Assembly (NCBI GenBank): GCA_028023455.1
Contig: JAQFVV010000002.1
Span: 13,640,001-13,704,000 of the forward strand
Reading direction: 5' to 3'
Origin: Epiperipatus broadwayi
Taxonomy: Eukaryota > Animalia > Onychophora
Length of the DNA stretch: 64,000 nt
Shown: piece after piece, positions 26,701 through 39,364 of the stretch
Layout: the number at the start of each line of letters is the position of its first letter
Position numbering within the stretch: position 1 is the stretch's first letter
Notes under the pieces: model-generated
Database searches by the model: none
The model's input: only the letters and a program-made list of their open reading frames with translations
What the model was told of the DNA's origin: nothing
Made by a program: the position numbers and the translations under genes

Positions 26701-27789
26701 GATATTTTTTCATCTCTTTCATATCACTATAAGATTTTTCTTGAGATTCTTTTATCTCTCTATTTTGGATTTCAAGTTTATTATAATCCCTTAAATTTAT
26801 TTTCCATAGATTTAAACAATCAAATTATATCTTCATTAGAATTAGAAGCTGGTATACCTTGGGTCTCGCAAATTAATATTTTGATAAGTAGGAGATATTG
26901 TAATCTGTGTTTCTCCACATACAAGTCTCCATAGTAATGCTTGGGGAGAGAAAAGAACTTGCAGGATTTAAATATTTTTGCAGGTGTTATAAAATAATTA
27001 AAATACAAAAAGTCATTTAAGTTCATTTAAATATAATGTCTTTTTGCAAGTGTAGTTTATATTCCTTTTTTATCAAGTGAAAAACTTAAATTTCACCTAA
27101 TATTTATTAAACAGTTTATAGCAAGTTGATTTTTTATTACCCCTGCTTTGAGAAATGATTTCTTTCAAAGGAAGAAAACAGTCATAATAATTAAATTGTT
27201 TTATTTGTGTTGTCATAAGTTTACAATACAATGTCTTTCATTTAAATAAGCACAAATATATTTCTATTGAAGTATAAACATTTATTAATTTAAAAATGTC
27301 TTTTGTAGACTTAAAATAAATTCTTTTAAATGTCTGATAAAATATATTCATCATATCAAAGTATAGTTTTTTCCTAAATTAAGTCTTTTACTTGAGGTAA
27401 ATAAATTCTAGATATTTAATATGAATGAATGTTTTTAAATAAAATATCAAAAAATTATTAATACTTTCTATGACATTATTGTCAATATCTGTGACAACTT
27501 TAATTATAATACAGGCATTAAAATTCTCTTTGCAATTGACAATTGCTCTTGCATCATTATAATGGCAATAATAGTAATGACTGTTCAAGTTCTCCAATGT
27601 GGAAAATTTAAAAGATAACATTCTAAACATTGTAATAATTAATGATATTACCGCTAAAGCTGACTGAGAAATAAAGGTTTCAATTTCCTGGGTGTTTCAG
27701 TTCGAATAATTGTGTCCAGATAGTTTTTTAAATTACCCTAATATACTTAAGCTAGAAAATAAAAAAATAAAATTACACTTTTAAAATTT

Positions 27790-29288
27790 AGCAGAGGAAA
27801 AACTCTCCATACTGTAGCAACACTCAGTGCAAGTCAGAGTAATCAATGAATGCATGAATGTTTATGCACAAAATCCTTATCTAGTACCTATTCGTTGGTA
27901 TCACCAGACTAGTTTCTAGCTTGTGGCTTCCATCAGTGAAGAGCTTTGGATATGAGAGTACTGCACCTAGGTCTTAGGATCTAATACAACCCTCCTTCAG
28001 GCACCTTTTACTTTTTAGCTAACCATAAAGCTTTGAGGACAAAATAAAAATACAATAATGTTCTCAAGCTACTATTAGCTTGTTTGTTATATATATCTTA
28101 ACTCAATTCAGTATCCATACTTTTTGATGTCTTTGGTTCTTTAATAACCAGTCACCATAATACTATTGACAAGGATTGGTATTAAACCACCAAACATCAC
28201 ATGATCATCATTTTTTATGCTTACAAGCTGTTTTTAGAAGCAAAACTCTCCAGTGCAAACCAAGTAATCAATAGATGCAGGGGGTCTCTGTAAAAATATC
28301 TATCTAATGCCTATTCATCCAATATCCCTAACCTAGTTGCTAGCTTGTAGCTTTCATCAGTGAGGAGCTTTGGATTTGAGAGCACTACATTTAGATGTTA
28401 ATCACTGATGAAAGCCACAAGCTAGAACGTAGTCAGGAGATATTGGATGAGTAGGCACTAGACATGGATTTTATGCAAAAACCCTCCTGCATACATTGAT
28501 TACTCTGGCTTACACTGAGTGATATTACTGTATGGAGAGTTTTATCTCTGTGAAAACAGCTTGTGTAAGCATAAAGAAAGGTAATAATGTGATGTCTGAT
28601 GGTTTAATACCAATCCTTCCCAATAAGATTATGGTGACTGTGGTTATTGAAGAACAAAGATACAAAAAAGTGTGGATGCTGAACTGAGTTCAGATCTATA
28701 CAACTATACAAGCTACTGATCATAGCTTGAAAACATTACTGTGTTTTTATTATAGACTCAAAGCTTTATAGTTAGCTAAAAGAGTAAAAGGTGGCTGCTG
28801 GGGGATTGCATTAGATCTTAAGATCTTGATGCAGTGCTCTCAGATCCAAGACTCCTCTCACTGCCTAAAGCCGCAATCTAGAAACTAGTCTGGGGATATT
28901 GGATAAGTAGACACTAGATATAGATTTTATGAACTAATCTTCCTCCATCCATTGAATTGCTACGGCTTGCGCTGAGTGACACCACTGTATGAAGAGTTTT
29001 AACTCTGTGAAAACAGCTTGTGCAAGCATAAAGAATGATGATCATGTGATATTTGATGGATAAATACCAATTCTTACAAACAGATTATAATGACTGTGGT
29101 TATTAAAGAACCAAAGATATCAAAAATGTATAGATGCTGAACTGAGATTAGATCTATACAACTATACAAGCTACTAAGCATAGCTTGAAAACATTATTGT
29201 GGGTTTTTATTTTGGATTCAAAGCTTTATCATTAGCTAAAAGAGTAAAAACGTAACTGCTGGAGAGTTGCATTAGATCCTAAGATCAT
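27790..29288. mobile_element. Older HHR family A array, head-to-head (minus arm ~27790-28397, plus arm 28402-29288)
   Basis: Homologous to the 466-bp unit; HHR cores at 27907-27936(-), 28331-28360(-), 28405-28434(+) and 28861-28890(+), each with at least one core mutation; plus-arm period 456. Confidence 0.9.
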
Positions 29289-29289
29289 A

Positions 29290-30700
29290 TTTGACTGAGT
29301 TTGAATGCTGAGGATTTATAATGAATCAAGAGGAAATGTGTAACATATAAACAATAATGGGTAGTTGGATTGTTATACAGGTTCAATTATAGTTGTGTTT
29401 CCAAGATTAGTTCATGGAATATAAATTATAGTATCATCATTATATTCCTGGTAGATCTTTTTACTTATAGAATTTCAATATATGATTAGGTGTATGGTTT
29501 ATTAAACATCATCTGATCCCACATCTTTGCCATTACAAAGCAGCACCTCAATATAACAGATTGATAAATTACCTGGTTTTATTTATATTTCTCTAATCAC
29601 TGAAGAAATGATTATATAATCTAATACCTTTTCATAATCTACAAATCCAAAAACATAATGACAACTTATATTCATTGTTGCCTTCTATTACTTCTCTCAA
29701 TATTTGGATATGATCCACTGTACTAAAACCACTTTCAAATCCATCTTGTTCTTTTGATTGGTTAAAATCCAAAGTTTGCTTTAGATGAGTTGAAATTATC
29801 TTGATTTTTGTAAAGAACTGATAGAAGATTGATAGGTTTGTAATTTTTAACACCTTTATTACCTTTTTAAAATATTATTATTTATACTGCATTCTTCCAA
29901 TCATCTAGTACTCTTTATCATTTAGCCATTTGGTATATAACTTTGACAATATTTTTTCTATTTCTTCATCTGTTTCTTTTAAGATATTGATTATAATTCC
30001 ATATTTAAGTGAAGCTTATCCATTCTTCATAGATTTAATTGCATTTCTCACTTAAAATCCTGAGGAATTTAGAAGATATAGTGATGAAGGCCACAAGCCA
30101 GAAACTAGTCTAGGGATATTGGATGAGTAGGAACTAGATAGGGATGTTATGCACAAGCCTTCTGGTACACATTGATTACTCTAGATTGCACTGAGTGGCA
30201 CTACTGTTTGGAGAGAGTTTTTCCTGTTTTAAGATATAGTAGTTATAGGAAATACTTTTCCTTGTTCTTTATTGCTAAATAAGTCTTGATAAACTCTTCT
30301 ACACATTTCATTATATTATCTCTCCTTTTATTAATAGTTTCATCTCTTTTTCTTCTAAAGCTTTACTTACACAATTACCCTTTCTATATTCTTATCACTC
30401 TTTTTTGGACTATTTTATAAAATTTATAGATATTCAATCCTTCTTAATACATCATTTTTATATATTTTTGTATTTTTTCTTTTCTTCATAAATTGCATTG
30501 TCTTGGTAAAAAAAATTTACTGGTCAATTGCTGCTTTCTTGTTTTTAAAAGTGTTTCACTTATGATCCTATTGATTTTGTTGAAATCTGAATCATGTTCA
30601 AAATCTATTAATATTTGAATATGGTTTGCAGCTTGTAATTTAAATTCATTGGAATGTTTCTAAAGATTAGGAATATCAACTGTGAACATGTGTATTTATA
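29290..30700 (-). mobile_element. RTE-clade LINE RT remnant
   Basis: NAIKSMKNG...DDWKNAV...KGNK.VKNYKPINLLSVLYK...DFNQSKEQDGFESGFSTVDHIQILREVIE...FVDYEK. Confidence 0.85.
30083..30230 (+). mobile_element. 148-bp HHR family A fragment inserted in the RTE, 10-bp TSD
   Basis: aagatatagt at 30073-30082 and 30231-30240; contains (G)TGATGA-AGGCCACAAGCCA-GAAACTAGTC. Confidence 0.85.
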
Positions 30701-30739
30701 TGTTGAACTACTTCTATAATTTAATACCTACTAGCTTTA

Positions 30740-33350
30740 TCTGTTAAAAAATTTTGTTCTAAACACGTAACAGATTTTGAAATTCGTTTTCAAAAAAGGA
30801 CTAAACTTTGCCATCACAGCATCTAATATCCCTTTATTAGATATAATGGCAATTATTAAGGAAGTCATTCTGCCTTTAGAAGAAGCAGCAGAAATATACT
30901 GGAGAATAAAAAGAACAACCGAGAGCCAACAAAAATTGAAGTTAAACATTTCCTATGATAAGAGGAAAGTAATTAAATCTATCAAAATAGATAAATCTAT
31001 AATTATTCTCCCTGCTGACAAAGGCAATGCAACAGTTGTAATGAATACAACTGATTATGAGAACAAAATACAAAAACTCCTCACAACAGGTCAATACAGA
31101 AAAGTGGTAAAAAAATCAGATATCAAGTATAGAAACAAAGTTATAAGGATTATTCAGAAAGCATTGCAGATATTCAGAAAAAAGTAAATTAACATCATAT
31201 TTCAGCAAAATTCTTCATCTTCATGGCCTACCTAAAATCCATAAGGATCATATTCCATTAAGATCTATTATTAATTCTAGAAATTCATCTTGCCAAAACA
31301 TATCAAGATTTCTTCTCACAGTTCTTAGTCTTTGGCATACAATACCCAGTCCTTTGTGAGAAATTTGAAGACTTATAGAATTAATCAATAGAATGAAAAT
31401 TTAAAGAACTGACATATTGATGACCTTCGATGTGGAAAGTTTATACACAAATGTACCATGTTAAAGAAATAGACTATTGTAAGGAAAAGATTAAATGGTG
31501 ATAGTAGCTTACAAACCAAAACAACTCTTCCTATTGATAGCATAAGGGAACTATTAACATTCTGAATAATAATAACATACTTTTCAGCACAACACAGAAT
31601 TCTTCCAACAAAATTGAGAGATGATTATAGGTTCACCAGTCATCTCTAATTAACAATATTTATATAGAAGAACTTGAAACCATAGCCATAAAGACTACTC
31701 CATATCCATCTAAAGTTTGGCTTCACTATGTTAATAATATATTAGTTGTATGATCATATGGTAATACTGATGACCTTTGATGTGGAAAGTTTATTCACAA
31801 ATGTACCATGTAAAGACATAGACTATCGTAAGGAAAAGATTAAATGGTGATAGTAGCTTACAAATCAAAACAACTCTTCCTATTGATAGCATAAGGGAAC
31901 TATTAACATTCTGCATAATAATAACATACTTTTCAGCACAACACAGAATTCTTCCAACAAAATTGAGAGATTATTATAGGTTCACCAGTCATCTCTAATT
32001 AACAATATTTATATAGAAGAACTTGAAACCACAGCCATAAAGACTACTTCACATCCATCTAAAGTTTGGCTTCACTATGTTAATAATATATTAGTTGTAT
32101 GATCATATGGTAAAGCATTATTACAAATTTTCTGGAAACACATCCACAATATACCCTCTTCAATTAAATTCACAATAGAATCAGAACAAGAACAAAAACT
32201 GGCATTTTTAGATGTTCTTTGCAGTTTACTGAAAACCACACATACAGGAAAATACTTAGTATTTGTATCCAATTATACCAGAAACACAAAACATGGATTT
32301 ATATTATCATTATGGAAGAAAAAGAAGTTTGTTAAGAAATCAGTGATTTGGAAAAGATCTATACAGAACAAACTCTCGTGATGAATAGTTATCCATCAGT
32401 TGTCATTAAGAAACTTTAAACAGACAACCAGAAGAACTAGAATAAGAAAAAAAAACAATTATTGGTACTGTATTGTCTCCATACATATTAGGAATAGCAG
32501 ACAAATTTTAAAAAATCTGCAATCAATAAATGTCATAACAGCTTTTCAGTGCCATGACACACTACAAAGAATTCTAACATCTGTAAAGCCTAAACTTGAA
32601 ATTCTGAGAAGCAAAAACTGCATCTATGAAATACCATGTAAATGTGAATGTATATTGGTGAGAATAGTTGCCTTATCAAAAAAAACAATTGCAAAAACTC
32701 AAACTAATGATTAGAATAGAGAAAACAGATGTATCTATAGTAGTATAACATATACCAATGGACATATCTTCAATTAGAAAAATACAACATATTGAATAGA
32801 GAGTACCAATGGATATATCTTCAATTAGAAAAATACAAAATATTGGATAGAGAGGAAAAAGTACAAAGAAGAAAATTCAAAGAAACTGCTTACATAACAA
32901 TGGTAAATATCCCCATAAGTCAATCTAATGTGACTATATATAATTTCTGAAAACTATTAATTAACTTTGCTCTTAGGTAAAAGTGGAAAAATCAGGAGAA
33001 ACCTCATAGATAAGTATATGAAATTTCTACTGAATGTTGCCTTTTGCAGAATGGCTTAGTTGGTTAGTGTATTAACTTAAAATTCAATGTTCAAATGTTT
33101 AAATGTTATGTTTGATTCCCATGTTAATACTGTCAGAGATCACATCACAATATCTGAAGATGGGAGAATACCACTTGAAACTTTGTATATATACTAATCT
33201 GTATGTTATTACTAACAGTTGAATGTAATTGTAAAATTTAAATGATGTTAATTTTTTCTAAATACATTCAATACTTCATATTAGATGATGGAAATAGTCG
33301 AATATATAAAGACAAGTAAAATACTATCATCACAAACCTTCAGGAAAAAT
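30740..33350 (+). mobile_element. Near-complete but disrupted Penelope-like element (RT, GIY-YIG, pLTR)
   Basis: KGLNFAI, ILPADKGNATVVMN, HGLPKIHK, LMTFDVESLYTNVP, decayed YVDD (YVNN), IYEIPCKCE..YIGE; 350-bp internal duplication (31418/31768); pLTR ~32990-33350. Confidence 0.9.
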
Positions 33351-33489
33351 TATGAGTACTGTTTTTCTTAATAACTTTCCTCTTTAGTTTTGGATTAACA
33401 CATATTATATATTGCACTAAGCGATGATCACTTCCTGTGTTAAATTTATTAAAACATTATAATCTTAACACATATTTTCTTTTTTAGTC

Positions 33490-34030
33490 AAAATATAATT
33501 CAATTCGCTATACCTTTATTTGGTTGCTTCCATATCTGTTTAGCATTTTTTCAAAAAAAGAAATCATAAGTTTCTCTTTTTCTGCAAGCTCCACAAGTCT
33601 ATGTCCTCTCTTATTTTTATCACCATAAGCAAATTTACCTACAGCATCTTCATCTTTCAATTGTTTACCAATTCTAGCATTCAAGTTTTCTGTGACAGTT
33701 TTAAAATGTTGTTTGATCTGATAAAAAGTTTTTTGTACAACCACATAAAATCCCTCTACTTATTCATCACAATGACAATATGTTGGGGCATAAACTTAAA
33801 TTATCCGTGTTTGGTATCTACATACATTAAGTTGAATATCTTGCTATTCTTTGATATGATTAAAAGCTTTTTGTACATTCATATAAAAATCCTCTACTTC
33901 TTCATCACAATGAGAACATCTTGGTGCATAAATCTGAATTACCTGCACTTAGTATCTATCTACCATTAAGTTGAATAACAAATCTTGTCACTCAATCTCC
34001 ACAATGTTGTTCCTCCACTTTTTATTAATA
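33490..34030 (-). mobile_element. RTE LINE apurinic endonuclease remnant
   Basis: NLNARIGKQLKDEDAVGKFAYGDKNKRGHRLVELAEKEKL (ORF 33508-33744); internal ~140-bp duplication. Confidence 0.8.
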
Positions 34031-37000
34031 ATAAATCCTATTCCGCTTATTATTTTTTTTTTATTGTTATTCATTACATTTATAAATATAATATTATACA
34101 CTGCATGGTTTTATATTATTGCTTAAGAAAAGAAATAGCAAATTTTGTTTCTTGCAATGGTTTAATCTGTTGATATTGTTATGTTTATACATACTGCTTA
34201 AATGAGTAAAAGATTAAATGTAAACTACAGGTAATGAATATATATTAAATACTGACAGGAAATAAGTTATGACATTTTATTTCTGCTTTAAGCAAAAAAA
34301 AAAAAACAAAAAAACATGATAAAATACAATTAATGATAATTAAATGTATCCCTGATTTAATTATAACATTTTTCTATTTTGACTTGCTGTCAATATTTTT
34401 GGAATAAAATTCTAATTTCATTTTACTTTCAGATAAAAATTATTAAACAAATTCTCGACTAATAATCTACAATAATGCTATCCAAACTCTTTTCACCTTC
34501 ATATTCTTTAGTAGGCCATTTCTGTAAATTGTACTTAAATAGTAACAGTTATTCCAAATTAATGTTAAAATTGTAAATAACTAGTCAATAATGGGATTTA
34601 AATCCAATGGAATAATAAGATGAATTAGACAATACCTTTGTAAGGTACAATGAAAAATCAAGAAATTACATCACAAATTATATGTATAAAAAAACTATAT
34701 TACATTGAAGTAAATGTCTTTTCTTATCACTTGAATTTTAATATACATCTAAATATCCTGATTCATATCTCTAGACATACATAAATCCCAAGTTGGAAAT
34801 CACTGATATACAATGCAGATGATTATAATTTAATATATATTACAAATATATAATGAATGTTTTTCAATCAATAATTGATAAACCAGTTATTATGAAGAAA
34901 AGAAGAATATTAAACTTTTGGAAAAGAGTTTTAGAAAAATTTGTAAACCAGCCTTTAACAAATAAATAATGTATATTATTTATTGTGTGTGCATATAAAA
35001 TTTGTAAATCAATTGTAACTAATTTTTGCTTCCAATTTATTTTTTAAAAATACATTAATTCTTAACAACCAGCATCCAGCGGATATTATATTATTTATAC
35101 TCAATTACTTTAGCTGCTTTTTTTTCTTATATTTTATCAATTTACCATCAAATAATATTTCTACCACAGAATTCATTAAATGTTGGAAAAAAAAACAACC
35201 TCTCACACACATACAAACAAGCTTCATATTTTATTAGAGAAGTTAGTAAATAATCCAAAATAATGACAAATGGTAAGAATCTGATGTGTATGTTGGTAAA
35301 AACAACAACTTTTATTCTGAATATATATTAATAGCATGTTAGTTTTTCAACAAGTGACTTGCTTTCACACTTTATTTTACTTTGTTAACTTTATACAATG
35401 ATCTCTTCAGCATATTTCACCACTTACGAACTCCTGGGCTCGCAAGCACTTACTACTCACACTAATCACTGAATTGTTCTCTTACTATGTTCTTAACATC
35501 CTTCTGACATTTTAGATAGTCTAGTTTGTTTTGAGATATAATTTGCAAAAAAACAGTTCCATTATTATCTCCATGCAAATTAGCATATCCAGCTCATTTT
35601 AGTAGCTGCATAATTTAATCTACTATGCATTTTAATTATTTCTAAGAAGGTCTTTTATTGTCTTTTATTTTAACTAGTTTTCTTACACACATATGTAATT
35701 TTATTTACACTATTACACATTTTTAGCTAATGTTTAATAATATCTCCCCCTTCACTCTAGAAATAGGGTAGAATTTAATTGCAAATATAATCTTGAAATT
35801 TTCCAGGTCTTCTTTTGTAATCTAGCCCATCTTGGTGATGGTACAATCCTTTCTCTTCAATAGGTAGTTTACTATTTAATGTAGTAGATGGTTCCTTTAA
35901 ATCTAGACTAGAAATTTTAGATAATTGTAGACTAAAAGTTTTTTCCTCAACAAGGCATATCCATTTTAATATTCTTACTATTCCTTAGAGGATCTTCTAC
36001 ATGAGTGGCAGCTGAACTTATAATTATATCCATTATCTCTGGCATAATAAAATGTTCTATAAATGGTTAATGTGCTGTCTTACTTCTTTACCATTTTCCA
36101 TTTTAATATGCATATTTGCATAGACAGTAGCTTAATTATAATCCCAGGTATTCATTTTTTCCTCGATATGTCTCTAATCCAGACCATCTGTTCTATATTG
36201 AACTTGTCATTTTCAGACTTTATTTTCTTCCTTTTAGTTTTGTCTGAAATAAACACAGAAATATGTATTCTGTTATGGTGCTTAATTAATAATTCTGGAG
36301 GGTTTTTTGGTAATTGAACTTAGTGTAAAATGCTGATAAAACATTGTTGTTGTTAGCACTTCATGAATATTAACATACTCCATTCTATTCAGTGTGCATT
36401 TTAGATGTTAAATGGTCTTTTATACTAATCCATTTGAATTAGAATGGGATGAAGGTGATAGCATGTCATATCCCCTTTCTCAATGAGAAAATCTTTTAAT
36501 TGCACTGAATAAAATCCTGCACCAATGTTCTTAACTATAAGCTCAAAATACCTGGGTGTTGCAAAAACTTGTTTAATACTTTTATTACATTATCTGCATT
36601 TGTATTTTTTTTTTTTTTTTTTGCATTCTGTATTTCATCCATTTGTAATATGATTTACAAAGAATATGTATTGATGAAAAGGCCTTGCGTGATCTAAACG
36701 GATCCTTTCCCATAGCCATTTTGCTTCAAGCCAAAACTTGAACTCTTTCATAGATAATCTCAATTGTTTCTTGACAGGTTTGGCATTTCTTTACCATTAT
36801 TTCAATGTCATTATTCATGTCAGCTACCAGACATACAAACAGGCTTGTACCTTCATGCATACTCTCACAAAATATCCTTTGTGTAGCTATTATAGCACTT
36901 GTTTCCTTCTCTAAGAACTGAAACTTGGACCATCATAAAAATGCATTCTTAACACACAAACTTTCTTAAACATTCCATATTTGTGACATTACATAGTTTG

Positions 37001-37259
37001 GATGTGCTTTTGGCCCTCTTTATTTAATCCAATCATTAACTAAATGGTATACCACATCATTTGTAATCCATTCTATTACAACTTTGTTATTTAGGGTTTT
37101 TAGGCTCCACTCAAACAGCAAATGGAGATTGGACTTTAAATTTCCATTAGGATCTTTTTATATGTTCAATATTCATTCCCAGAGGTCGGAATCAGTTACA
37201 TCCCAGTATAGGGTTAAGATGTTCAAGTTATAAACATGAAATGAAAAAAGGTAAAATCA

Positions 37260-37383
37260 TATTAAATACATTATTCGCTAAGCATGCCTTGAACTAGTCC
37301 ACCAGATTCATAGCACTAAACTATTCTGCAGTTTGTAAAACAAGTTTAGTCGAAAGCATGCTCAATGAATAATATACTTAATA
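37260..37383. repeat. MITE-like foldback, ~25-bp imperfect TIRs
   Basis: 37263-37287 vs reverse complement of 37356-37380: 20/25 identical, all mismatches transitions; nested ACTAAACT/AGTTTAGT stem. Confidence 0.55.
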
Positions 37384-37582
37384 CGATTATATCTTCTCTT
37401 AAACCACTAAACATCACATGATCACTATCTCATACTAGCACAATAATTGTTATTAAACAATCCAAAACAAAGCAAAACTCTCCATATAGTAGTGCCATCT
37501 TGTGCTAACAAGAGCAATCAATGGATGCCAGAAGGCTTGTGCATAAAATCCCTATCTAGTGCCTACTCATCCAATATCCCCA

Positions 37583-37612
37583 GACTAGTTTCTGGCTTGC
37601 GGCCTTCATCAG
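37583..37612 (-). ncRNA. Type I hammerhead ribozyme core (family A)
   Basis: CTGATGA-A-GGC(CGCAA)GCC-A-GAAA-CTAG-TC. Confidence 0.9.
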
Positions 37613-38048
37613 TGAGGAGCCCTGGATCTGAGAGCACTGCACCTAGATCTTAGGATCTAATGCAACCCTCCAGCACCCACCTTTTAACTCTATTTAACTA
37701 CAAAACTATGAGAATGAAATTGAAAACACTATTAATATTTTCAATCCAAGCTCAATAGCTTATATAGTCATATGGGTCTGAACTCAATTCAGCACCCATA
37801 CATTTTGGTGTCTTTGGCTCTTTAACAACCATAGCCACCACTATCCTATTAGGCAGGATTGGTGTTAAACCACTAAACATCACATGATCACTATCTCATA
37901 CTAGCACAATAATTGTTATTAAACAATCCAAAACAAAGCAAAACTCTCCATATAGTAGTGCCATCTTGTGCTAACAAGAGCAATCAATGGATGCCAGAAG
38001 GCTTGTGCATAAAATCCCTATCTAGTGCCTACTCATCCAATATCCCCA

Positions 38049-38078
38049 GACTAGTTTCTGGCTTGCGGCCTTCATCAG
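38049..38078 (-). ncRNA. Type I hammerhead ribozyme core (family A)
   Basis: Identical to 37583-37612. Confidence 0.9.
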
Positions 38079-38514
38079 TGAGGAGCCCTGGATCTGAGAG
38101 CACTGCACCTAGATCTTAGGATCTAATGCAACCCTCCAGCACCCACCTTTTAACTCTATTTAACTACAAAACTATGAGAATGAAATTGAAAACACTATTA
38201 ATATTTTCAATCCAAGCTCAATAGCTTATATAGTCATATGGGTCTGAACTCAATTCAGCACCCATACATTTTGGTGTCTTTGGCTCTTTAACAACCATAG
38301 CCACCACTATCCTATTAGGCAGGATTGGTGTTAAACCACTAAACATCACATGATCACTATCTCATACTAGCACAATAATTGTTATTAAACAATCCAAAAC
38401 AAAGCAAAACTCTCCATATAGTAGTGCCATCTTGTGCTAACAAGAGCAATCAATGGATGCCAGAAGGCTTGTGCATAAAATCCCTATCTAGTGCCTACTC
38501 ATCCAATATCCCCA

Positions 38515-38544
38515 GACTAGTTTCTGGCTTGTGGCCTTCATCAG
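38515..38544 (-). ncRNA. Type I hammerhead ribozyme core (family A)
   Basis: Same core, loop II CACAA. Confidence 0.9.
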
Positions 38545-38980
38545 TGAGGAGCCCTGGATCTGAGAGCACTGCACCTAGATCTTAGGATCTAATGCAACCC
38601 TCCAGCACCCACCTTTTAACTCTATTTAACTACAAAACTATGAGAATGAAATTGAAAACACTATTAATATTTTCAATCCAAGCTCAATAGCTTATATAGT
38701 CATATGGGTCTGAACTCAATTCAGCACCCATACATTTTGGTGTCTTTGGCTCTTTAACAACCATAGCCACCACTATCCTATTAGGCAGGATTGGTGTTAA
38801 ACCACTAAACATCACATGATCACTATCTCATACTAGCACAATAATTGTTATTAAACAATCCAAAACAAAGCAAAACTCTCCATATAGTAGTGCCATCTTG
38901 TGCTAACAAGAGCAATCAATGGATGCCAGAAGGCTTGTGCATAAAATCCCTATCTAGTGCCTACTCATCCAATATCCCCA

Positions 38981-39010
38981 GACTAGTTTCTGGCTTGCGG
39001 CCTTCATCAG
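38981..39010 (-). ncRNA. Type I hammerhead ribozyme core (family A)
   Basis: Identical to 37583-37612. Confidence 0.9.
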
Positions 39011-39283
39011 TGAGGAGCCCTGGATCTGAGAGCACTGCACCTAGATCTTAGGATCTAATGCAATCCTGCCTAATAGGATAGTGGTGGCTATGGTTGTTAA
39101 AGAGCCAAAGACACCAAAATGTATGGGTGCTGAATTGAGTTCAGACCCATATGACTATATAAGCTATTGAGCTTGGATTGAAAATATTAATAGTGTTTTC
39201 AATTTCATTCTCATAGTTTTGTAGTTAAATAGAGTTAAAAGGTGGGTGCTGGAGGGTTGCATTAGATCCTAAGATCTAGGTGC

Positions 39284-39364
39284 AGTGCTCTCAGATCCAG
39301 GGCTCCTCACTGATGAAGGCCGCAAGCCAGAAACTAGTCTGGGGATATTGGATGAGTAGGCACT
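39284..39364 (+). ncRNA. Type I hammerhead ribozyme (family A) with extended helix I; predicted cleavage after GUC at 39339
   Basis: Helix I: TCCTCA/TGGGGA, ATCCAG/TTGGAT, CTC/GAG, AGTGCT/GGCACT; core 39310-39339; helix III palindrome ACTAGT. Confidence 0.9.

Noticed and set aside
37401-39063. CRISPR array or viroid-like RNA with ribozymes in both polarities
   Set aside because: There are no unique spacers and the context is eukaryotic; I found no CUGANGA..GAAA on the opposite strand of the unit
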